NCBI RefSeq assembly: GCF_004010195.1
Contig: NC_057728.1
Coordinates: forward strand, 42,204,892-42,267,182
Source of the DNA: Chiloscyllium plagiosum
Lineage: Eukaryota
Length of the DNA: 62,291 nucleotides
Direction of reading: 5' to 3'
Shown here: in pieces, positions 52,051-62,291 of the stretch
Position numbering within the stretch: position 1 is the stretch's first letter
How the letters are laid out: the number at the start of each line of letters is the position of its first letter
Position numbers and translations under genes: made by a program
The notes under the pieces: generated by a model
Databases searched by the model: none
What the model was told of the DNA's origin: nothing
What the model saw: the letters and a program-made list of their open reading frames with translations, nothing else

Positions 52051-53612
52051 ATGGGACTAAATTTATTTTTTTAATTCGTGAAATGTGGGCATCATTGGTT
52101 GCCCATCAGTTATTGCCCATCCCTAGTTGCCCTTGAGACAGTGGTGGTGAGCTGCCTTCTGACCATGTGCAGTAGGTAGACCCAAAATGCTTTTAGGGAG
52201 GAACTGCCTAGAATCGGACGAGAGGGATGCAAAAGGGGACAGGTACTTAGTTAACAAGTCAAATTCTGTAAATTACAACAAGAAAACTCACTAATCCTGT
52301 GGCAAAAAAACACTCAAAAACTTGATACAACTGGCACTTAGCCAAAAAAATGTAAGATTCAGCCATAATCTGTGTTTCATGTCTGTTCCATTTCCTTCAT
52401 TCCCATTATAATTTATGATGTGTCTGTACCTCTGCACTAAAACTTGGAAGCTTCTCACATCTCACAATGCACAAGCTGGGTAAAATACATACTTACGTCA
52501 ATTTTCTATGGTTAGTTTGTCCTGAAACAGGTCACCAGCCTGAAGCCAGGGATTATAGACTCAAGACACCATTCCATATCCAATTTGGCTGATCATGATC
52601 TTTCCTCCCCTTACTGGTTGTAATAGGCTTGAGAATCAGATTTGCGTTTTGACAATCAAACTAGTTGGCCATTTCTGAAAATTCCTCCCAAATCCTGGAT
52701 AGGGGACTTGAACCCAAAGTTTCTGACTCACAGGAAGTTAGGCTACTCACTGCACTACAAGACCTTTTAGTGCTACATGACCCACAATCATTGTTACTAA
52801 TCTCTCATTTTTATGTTACTTATGAATTTTTAATCCTTTTGCTAATTCATTCTATTTCTTGTTCTTTAACAATTTCTTGGTCCTCCTCTGTTGAATTTTA
52901 AAATCCTCCAGCCTAATGCTGTTGCTGGCAGTATAATAAGTCTTCCTTTAATATATCTGTAAATTCTTTTGTGATCTATGAATAAACTGTTTTTGACTCA
53001 GTTTTGAAGGAGGTGTGTCATAACATATCTGAACAGGTTGATTAAAAAAACTTATTAAATGCCTAATTTTCTGGCGGTTTGAAGTACTAGTTCCAAAATT
53101 CTAGTGTGCGCTTCTGGAGAGTGGAGTAGGGTATTTAACTTTGAAAATTAACTCTAAACCTATGAAGAATGGGCCCTTAAGGGTGACCTGCCTAAGTGAG
53201 GTGGATCAAAATGCCATGGTAATTGGGACAGTGAACAAAAAGCTCTAGGCCTGTTGTACTGGCTGGTACTTTAGGCATTTACAGCATGGACTGCACTGGG
53301 ATTGCACCCAGAATTGAGCTAGATTCAATTTCTTGTCCTGTGAATGTAATGAAGGTGTGCTACACCCCCTGCTGGAACACAATTCTCATTCTCTGAACAG
53401 AAGTTTTTATTCAAAGGCAGTAGTTCACACCCAATCTTTCCATTACATCATTTGGCATTGAACTTTACATGTGGCTAATTAGTGTTGCCACAATTTAGAA
53501 TCAAATGTGTCTGAAGCTTTTGTTGTTCTGTTTGGCTGGCGAGTAACCCACAAACGTTTGTTGGTTTGATTGACATGCATCTGTCAGTCAGCTCCCTGTC
53601 TGTGTCAGATTT

Positions 53613-53812
53613 AAAAATCACACAACACCAGGCTATAGTCCAACAGGTTTAATTGGAAGCACACTAGCTTTCAGAGCGACGCACCTTCATCAGGTGAAGG
53701 AGTGTCACTCCGAAAGCTAGTGTGCTTCCAATTAAACCTGTTAGACTATAACCTGGTGTTGTGTGATTTTTAACTTTGTACACCCCAGTCCAACACCGGC
53801 ATCTCCAGATCA
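53613..53812. mobile_element. Fold-back PLE-like derivative (family C)
   Basis: ~78-bp inverted arms within 53611-53773; 12-bp TSD TGTGTCAGATTT at 53601-53612 and 53813-53824. Confidence 0.9.
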
Positions 53813-54197
53813 TGTGTCAGATTTGCTAGGGATGGCGCACAGGAACAAGCTGGTGGAGAGGGTCTAAAGCTTTGCTGCGATTAAGAGTTCTATGGGATGT
53901 CCTGCAGCTCAACTGGAGAGGCAAGTAGATGCTCAGAGGTTGGTGGGAGTGGACCAGTAGCCTGGGAAGAAGAGATTGAGAAAGTCTTGACAAAGAAGGT
54001 GTCACATCTCAGCGTGTTGTCCTGTTAGCTGTGCTGTTTCTGGCAGAAAGATGGTAAGGCACTTAGTTCCTGATCCAATAGAAGCTCAACTCAACTTGGA
54101 AGCTCAGCATTAAATTCCAAATGATGATTAAAAGATTAGATATACACACTTACTATCTTCTACATGCAAATCCATCAGTGGGCAGGTTGGTGTCTGA

Positions 54198-54513
54198 ATC
54201 ATAGAACCCCTAAAGTGTGGAAGCAGGCCATTCAGCCCCTCGAGCCTACAGCAACCCACCAAAGAACATCCTAACCAGACCCACCCCCACCCCCACATTA
54301 TCTATGGCTAATCTACCTAGCCTGCACACTATGAAAAATTTAGCAAGGCCAATCCACCTAACCTGCACACCTTTCGATTGTGTGAGGAAACCAGAGCACC
54401 TATCGGAAACCCACAGAGAGAGAGTGCAAATGTGCAAACTCCACAGCTCACCTGAGGGTGGAATTGAACTGGGGTCCCTGGTGCTGTGAGGCAGCAGTGC
54501 TAGCCACTGTGGC
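54198..54513 (-). mobile_element. HE1-like V-SINE
   Basis: Reverse-complement homolog of 18430-18770. Confidence 0.85.
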
Positions 54514-54704
54514 ACCTGGGTGCTAACTTTAATACTTTCAGAACAAACATTACCCTTCCCCCTCTAAACACCGCAACCCCCCCCCCCCCCCCCACAAACT
54601 TCCTCCCAGGCCCTAACCAGAATTGAAGCATCTTTTATGAGTAAAATTTCCTTGAAACGATTTGCTCATATCCTGAAGTCAGCCAATGGATTTGAGATGA
54701 TAAC

Positions 54705-57700
54705 AGCGGGGAAGCAATTACACAGTTATAATGTCACTGGTTGAATAATCCAGACCCAGGTTAATGTTTTAGGATCTTGGGTGCAAATCTCATCACAGCA
54801 GAATTAAAAGCGAGTTGTGATAGTCACAATTGTTGTAAAAAAACATTTTGTTCACTAATACTGGTTAGTGAAGGAAATCTGTTGGCTGTTCCTGGTCTAG
54901 ACTACATATGATGCTAGGGTTATAGTTGGGAAGTTGGCTTTGATGTAGTCCATCAGTCTAGTCAGTGATACCAAACTACTGTAACATCAAAAAGGAAGGA
55001 AACCAGCCAAAACTCGGCATTGAAAATTACAGTGGCTCTTTTGACCCTTCAAATTTCTCCTTCAAATCATAAGAGGGCTTCTGCCAATATTTCAAGAGCT
55101 ATCTCACAGACTGGTGAAGCCTGACAGAAATCTCACAGAATCATACCTTTCAACCAACATGCCAGAGACTACTATCACTATCCTTGAGTATGTTCAGAAC
55201 TGACCAGAGGTGGTAGTACAGTGGTATATAGTCAGAAGAGAGTTACACTGGGAATCGCAAACTGGATTCTGGATTCCATGAAGTCTCAAGTCTCTTAAAT
55301 ATGAGAGTGGAACCTATAATTACCACCTCTAGCCAATGGTTTTCAGCCGGTGTGCAAGGTGAAAAGTATACTGCTAAATTTTCAAGCAGCAGCGCTGCTT
55401 TGCCTGAGTGTCAAGGCCACATCTGATCTTCTCTGGAGCTTCAATGTCTATCATTGAAGGCAGTGTCTGCTGACACCAGGTGCCTCCAGAGATGTGCATG
55501 TGTACACTTCCAATACTGCGCATTGGTAAGAATAAAGTGGATGTGCTGTGGAATTGTTCATCACATTGAAGTGTGCGCTGATACTGAAATGTTTGGGAAC
55601 CACCAGCTTACCACAACCAGACCCTTCCAGCACATCCCTAGTCACACCATTGATAAAACAATTCTCTTTCACGTTGAGTATCAATTGTAAGAAGCACTAA
55701 GGGTGGCAAGGGCACAGATTCCTGTCTGTGTCAAACAGGATGAGGTAGGTAGTAGGGTAGCTCAGGGACAGGGAAATGGAGAGGGTATCAGGCTTTATAC
55801 ACTAAGTGGTTCACTTCACTGTCGAACAGCAAGAGTGACTCACTAGCAACAATATATATGAAGGGTGGTATGGCGGCTCAGTGGTTAGCACTGTTGCCTC
55901 ACAGTAGCAGGGACACAGGTTAGTAGGAGGGCTCACTGGATAGTTCTTGAGGAAACAAAGTGTGGCTTCAAATGGAGGATACCCTGCATTGTGTGTCATT
56001 ACCACTGGATTAAATAGGATAGATTTGGAACAGACCTTGCAAATGTGGGCACCCATGAGGGACTATAGGCCATCATCAAACAGCAAAACTGTCTTTATTT
56101 ACAATCTGTAACCAATGACCAAGCATATTTCACCCTTTATCATTACCAACAATCCAGGGGATCTGTCTTGGTTGAATCAAAAATGCAGGAGAACATGCCA
56201 GGAGCAACTCAAGATATAATTGGTGAACAAGTAAACTTTCAGCAGCAGAAGTTGGCTTCACAATTATCTCCATTCTCAAAGATGGGACAGACCATAAAAC
56301 TGTGCAAAACACAAAGCTGAAGAATTTGCAACCATCTTGAACCAGTGAATATTCCATCTTGGCCCACTCCAACACAACCAATCAATTAATTTGACATGAT
56401 ATCAAACAAAGCTGAACATTGTCAGAACTATGGGTCCTAACAATAGTCTAACAACAATACTAAAGACTTGAATTCCAGACTAGCTTTGCCACTATCCAGC
56501 ATCTATCCACAAGTTTGGAAAATTGTTCAGGTTATGACCTGTCCACTGGAAGCAGATCTATCCAACTAGTTACTGCCCCATCAATTTTGTCTTGATCATC
56601 AATTGTCTAATGGACGGTGTTGATGACAGGTCAAGTAAGCATTACTTGCTCACTGATGCCCAGTCTGGGTTGCACCAGGGCTGCTTTTCCCCTGTTTTCA
56701 TTACAGTCTTGGTATCAACATGGACAAAAGAGCTGAAGTCAAGAAGTTAAGTGTGAGTAGCCCCCCCTTGACATCAAGGCAGCATTCAACCAAGTGTGGT
56801 GTCAAGAAACACCATCAAAACTTGAGTCAAAGAGAATTAGGAGAAAGTATCATTGATTGAAAGTATGTCTGGTACAATGAAGAGATAAATAACCTCAGCG
56901 CAAAGACATTACTGCAGGAATTCCTTAGGGTCGTGCCCAATCATCTTTGGCTGCTTAATCTTGACTATCCATTCACCACAGGGTCAGAAGTGGGGATGTT
57001 TGCTGATGATTGCACAATGTTCAGCACAATTCATGACTCCACAGATGCTGAAACAGTCCATGTTCACGTAAAGTCAGCCAACTTTCAGGCTTGAGCTGAT
57101 AACCCGGTAGTAACACATACACAATCGTGAAAGGTAATGACCATCTCCAAAAAAACAGGATTTATTTCACTTGGACATGCAATGGCATTGCCACTGTTGA
57201 ATTCCTCCTCCTCCACCTCCACTATTAGCTTCCTAGGTTGTTACAACTGACTAGAAACCCAAGTGGGCCAGCCATGTAAATACTAAGGCTACAAGAGAAG
57301 ATCCGAGACTGGAAATTCTGCAGTGAACCTTCTCACTCCTCAAAGCTTGTTCATCCTGTACAGGGCATAGGTCAAGAGGGTGATGGAATTATCCCCAACT
57401 GCCTGGATGTGTCCAGCTCCACACAGTGGTAGCAGTGTGTCTCATCTGCAAGATGCATTGTGAAATCTCACCAAGGTTCCTTTGCCAGTGTTTTCTAAAC
57501 TCGCCATCTCTAGAAGTACGAGAGCAGCAGATAAATGGAAAGACTACCACCTGGAATTTTCCCTCAAGGCCTATACCACACTGACTTGGATCAAGATCGT
57601 GCACTTCTCTTCCTATGGGCGCTCTAGGTGTCCCTACACTAAATGGACTGCAACATTCAAGAAGTTGGCTAATTACTGCCACCTAAAGGCAACCAGGGAT

Positions 57701-57750
57701 GGGAAAAATAAACTGGTTTAGCCAGCAATGCCTGGGTTCCATGAAAGAAA
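54705..57750 (+). mobile_element. Decayed near full-length CR1-group LINE with SINE-like 5' head
   Basis: LTESYL (endonuclease, ~55135), LDIKAAFNQVW (~56770), MFADDCTMF (~57000); tail shared with other copies. Confidence 0.75.
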
Positions 57751-59261
57751 GTAAATCTCAAAACAGTTTGGAAGCTTAGTCCCCCCAGGGTGTCAGATAA
57801 AGTGAAAATGAGTCATAATGCACAACAGTAAAAGGGTACAATGGAGTTAAGACTGATTCCTCTTCCACAGCTGATATTGTCAATTCCCAATGTATATCAT
57901 CACAATTATCATAAAATTCCTAGTGTGGAAGCAGGCCATTCGGCCCATCGAGTCCACACTGATCCTCTGAAGAGCATCCCACCCACAGCTCCCCACCCCT
58001 ACCTTATCCTGTAAAAATGTATTGTCCAATCTCAATACCAGAATCAATTTGCTAAGTTCCTTAAATAACAAATAAAGAATTTGCTTTTTAATTGACAAAG
58101 TTACTCAAGTAAAGCTGTAAGGATTATTAACAACAGGTTAATAACATTTCCCATGCAAATATATAATACAAACCTTCTTAAAAAGTTGCACATACATTCC
58201 AAGTCTGAGAAATATACATAAATAAACTCTGCAACATTTTTCATTATAAGTACTTTGGCAAAGTTATAATTAAATACAGATAAACAAATTGTTCTCAAAT
58301 TGTCCTGCGGCTTAAGTCACTTTGCATGCAAACCATTGGCACTGGGGAGTTTTCATGGTTAGGTTTTGGATGGGGCTGAATTTGCTTTTCTGGAATCAAT
58401 AGTGCAGATTTCTCTTTTCGGAACCCTCTGCTTGTGGTGAGGGGGTCTTAAAGTGGGTTTTTAACTCACATTTTGATGAGATGGAATTCAGAGAAAAGGG
58501 GTAAATATTAAAAGTTTTTTTTTCATGTCAGTTATCTCTCCTATAGTCTGTGGTCCAATACATTAGCTTTATTACACTCACAAAATAGATCATGTGACCT
58601 CATTCTTCCTCACCTTGGGATTATTTTAGATTCAGTGATTCCAAATGAACAGTTTGTGTTTTTTGAAAACATAACATATTTTCTCTACTGAAACTAGTTT
58701 CTTTCATTTTTCCAAGTGTTCTTTTAACTACATCCAAGATAGATATATGTCCAGTCAATGATACTTCAAATTAGTATTTCCTTTAAGACATCTTCATAGT
58801 GACATATATACAAATGAATGGAGCTACTTCAATAGAAACAAAATAACTTTGCCTGAAGGTTCCAATCCACATTCCTCCCTGTCAAACCCTCCCAAATAAC
58901 TTCAGCCAGTGGTCAATGCTGAATGGACAACATTTCTGTTCACTGCTGTACAGGTAGGGGACATTGAGGGTCACCAACCAAAGATGAACATTTTTTCTTC
59001 CAGAAAAACAGAATGAGATAGAACCAAGCTTTGACCACATTATAGGCTTCCCTAAGGTGGAAAATGTCATTGTTGTATCATCATTTCCTTCTGTGCTCCC
59101 TATCTGCAGACTTGGATCTTTTGGAATAGGGAAGAGGGAATAAATAAACTCTTTAAATAGCAGTGCTATTTAAAGGAGGGACAAAGGGTCCCACCTAATA
59201 AACCCAATGTCTCAAAAATGTCGTATCACAAGTGTTATATAAATATGTTAATTTTTTAAAA

Positions 59262-60040
59262 TCCTAGAATGTAGGTGATACTGACTGGACCAGCATTTAT
59301 CGGCTATCTTTAGTTGTCCTTAAGAAGGTAGAGGTGATTTGCCTGCTTGAACTGCTGCAGTCTATTTGGTGTAGGAACACCCCACAACACATTCAGGGAA
59401 AGAATTCCAGGATTTTGTTCCCATGACGCTAAAGGAACAGCGATATATTCCATGTCAGGTTAGTGAGTGGCTTGAAGGGGGACTTAGAGGTGGTCGTGTT
59501 CCCAAGTATCTGCTGACTTTGGCCTTCTAGGTGGAAGTAGTTGTGGGTTTGGAAGGTTTATATCTACCAACCCTGTTGAATTTCTGCTGTGCATCTTGTA
59601 GATAGTACACACTACTAATACTTTGCATTGGTGGTGATTTTTGTGGATATCAAGTGGGCTGCTTTGTCCTGGATGGTGTTAAGCTTCTTGACTGCACTCA
59701 TACACACAAGTGGGGAGCATTCCATCACATTTCTCACTTATATCTTGTAGATGGTGGTCAGGCTTTATGGAGATGAGTTGGTCGATGCAGAAGTCCTAGC
59801 CTTTGAACTGCTGTTATAGCATTGTACTTGCATGGCTAGCCTAGTTCAGTTTATGGTCCACTGTATCCCCGAGGATGTTGATAGGGAGTGATTCAGTGAT
59901 GGTAATTGAATGTCAGGGTTAAATGTATCTTATTGAAGTTGGTCATTGCCTAGCACTTGTGTGGTGATAATGTTACTTAACACGGAATGTTTCAATATGT
60001 GAGGAGAGTTGAAAGCTGAACATTGTGCAATCAGTGATTT
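59262..60040 (-). mobile_element. 3' fragment of the same CR1-group LINE
   Basis: Reverse-complement similarity to 57100-57750. Confidence 0.7.
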
Positions 60041-61261
60041 TAAGTAGTTTTGGCATGCACCCTGGACACCTACTGAACAGTCCAACCAGTCTTGCATTGC
60101 ATTTTTGACATATACTGAGCATGTATGCTCAAACTGCCACTTGAATGGTAACGCTTCCCATTTTTCACCTGTAAACCTCCTGTAAGATTATTGAACTTTT
60201 AGGCTATTATCTTCAAAGGAAAACTGTTCCACTGGAATGAGTTCAAGAACAGAGAAAAAAAGTTGAGTAAAGTTTTATGAGGATCTGATGACATAATCGG
60301 AGTTGTTTTCATAGGATTAAGCAAGATTGAGAAAGAACATGATCCAGATCTTTCGAATGTTGAAAGGAAGGGATAATTTGGATGTAAGTGAGTAATTTTT
60401 TTAATCTTATTTTAACTTTATCATGGCCATAGGTTATGACGACTGAATTGGCAAGGCTCAAATGAATCCAACATGAGTGGATTTACTTTCTTCACAGAGT
60501 AAATAAACTCCTTAGCCAAGAATTTAATGGGACCCAGCGGGAAAGGAAAGGCTGAAACCGAAGTCAAGAGTAAAAGCCATCCTGTTGTGACTCTCATTGG
60601 CAATTACATGGCTGGACAATTACTGGCTGTCAGATAGGGTGGCCAAGCAGGCAGTAACCAGAGGTGGACGTTGAGGCAGCTGGGTCATAACCTGATGTAG
60701 ATGGAAATGTTGGCACATTTTTTTAAAGAGTGTGTGGCACCTGAGCCCTAATTTAAATGGGCTGCACCTCAGTAATCTTCCTGAGAAAACTAAAATCTGG
60801 CAGAATCCAGGAGCCTTTAAACCCACCTTATGGAAGAAACTTTATCACCCTTCCTGAGCATTCAGGAGCATCTCATAGCAACAGCTCCTCTCCCACTATC
60901 CAATACCACCCCACCCATCTCCAACACTTAGTAACCACCGACATCAACCTCATGACACCATGCACAACTCTTTGTCCTGTCAATACATGCCCTCCCCCAT
61001 CCACCTGCCAACAACCCCCACCCCACAGCACCCAAGGATGACTGAACTCAACAATATTCAGCAATCATCATCCCCACCGCCCAGAAACATGGAGCTTTCA
61101 TTCCACTCCAATGTCCAGAGCCCACCAATCCTCTCCCACAATATCCTAAAATATCCAAACCCCTAACATCCTTGTTAAAAAAAAGCAGAAAACTGCTTAG
61201 TTGCAAGATCCTGCATAGCTCTATGGCTCAATGATGATCCTCCACATTTTTGCCTCCAAGC

Positions 61262-62143
61262 TGTTATGACACAGCAGTGAACCACTCTGTTAATTAAACC
61301 AAACATCTAGAAAAGCTTACCTCATCTCGTAATCTGTTAAAGTATGAGTGACAGAGAACTCCCAAATTCCACTATTTAAAGCAAATAATATCAATTTATT
61401 CTTTAACTCAAAAAGCGAACACTAAACAACTATTCACAACTCTAAGCCCCCCTCCCTTTCTCTTAGCTGCTTATTATCTGCCTCCAACTCTATAACAGTA
61501 TACTGTTCCAATAAAACACTTATTAAAATTACATCAACTTACTTTCAAAACCATACAGCGGCTGTCATCTTTGTTGTCTTTCTTCTTTCAGCTGAAGATC
61601 TCCCTGGGTCACCTTCTTTCTTTTATTGTGAGTATACTTCATCTAAAATGGTACCTTTGATGCAGAGTGTTTCAATATCTTGGGTCTTTCTCAATGGCAG
61701 TTACTCTGTCTGACTTTCAAAATGCCTGCCTTTTTTATATAGAGTCATAGAGATCTTTCAAAACCTGTCCAAATCTCGGATACAAGCCCCCAAGCTGTTA
61801 CGACAAGGCAGTGAACTCTTCTGTTAGTTAAATCAAACACCCAGAAAAGCTTATTTCACCTCACAATCTTTTAAAGTATGAGTGACAGAGAACTCCCAAA
61901 TTCCACTATTTAAAGTAAATAATATCAATTTATTCTTTAACTCAAAAAGCAAACATTAAACAGCAACTATTCACAACTCTAAGCCCCCTTTCCCTTAACT
62001 GCTTATTATCTGCCTCCAACTCTATAATAATATACTGTTCCAATAAAACACTTATTAAAATTACATCAACTTAATTTCAAAAACATACAGCGGCTGTTAT
62101 TTTTGGTGTCTTTCTTCTTTTTGCTGAAAATCTCCCTGGGTCA
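61262..62143 (-). mobile_element. Two tandem LTR-like copies with a tRNA-Pro-like primer-binding site
   Basis: 61262-61611 ~ 61796-62143; both end ...TAACA on the minus strand; TGGGGGCTTGTATCCGAGAT follows the right copy. Confidence 0.65.
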
Positions 62144-62291
62144 TTGTGAGAGGTAATTTCGGGTTTAAACTTTAAGATGTGCCTGGACCACAGACTGATC
62201 TATAATAAAAGACAAAACTTTTGTTTCTTTTCTAACAACCATTTATAACCCAAAAGTAGAATAGAGTTTAAATTGCAGAATGCTGACAATT

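Noticed and set aside
54577..54593. Poly-C runs (also ~37208-37222), potential G-quadruplex on the minus strand
   Set aside because: Simple homopolymers in or near repeats; no supporting context.
3100..62291. Exons of the expected convergent neighbour (TBC1D30 in human synteny) or another host gene
   Set aside because: No recognisable coding exon found by eye on either strand; small exons could have been missed.

Overview
Eukaryotic vertebrate genomic DNA, most likely a shark, inferred from HE1/V-SINE-like, CR1 and Penelope repeat content. The only host gene I can support is the 3' end of WIF1 (Wnt inhibitory factor 1) on the + strand: the last EGF exon (1357-1452), the terminal coding exon (1962-2083) and an AT-rich 3' UTR. 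The remaining ~59 kb is intergenic and mostly decayed transposons: CR1 LINEs, Penelope-like elements (PLEs), several SINE families, and Gypsy, Harbinger and LTR remnants. There is one 796-N gap. Nearly all ORFs in the supplied track are transposon fragments. Highlights: (1) at least three families of short PLE-derived elements carry minimal hammerhead ribozyme motifs with covarying stems and palindromic stem III; many are fold-back pairs with 8-17 bp target-site duplications (TSDs). (2) A 510-bp locally templated insertion with a 26-bp flanking duplication sits inside a CR1, within a four-layer nest. (3) An apparently twin-primed (5'-inverted) CR1. (4) A SINE shares both its head and its tail with a LINE in the same window. 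Repeat family names come from recalled consensus features, not a database search, and repeat boundaries are approximate unless a TSD is given.
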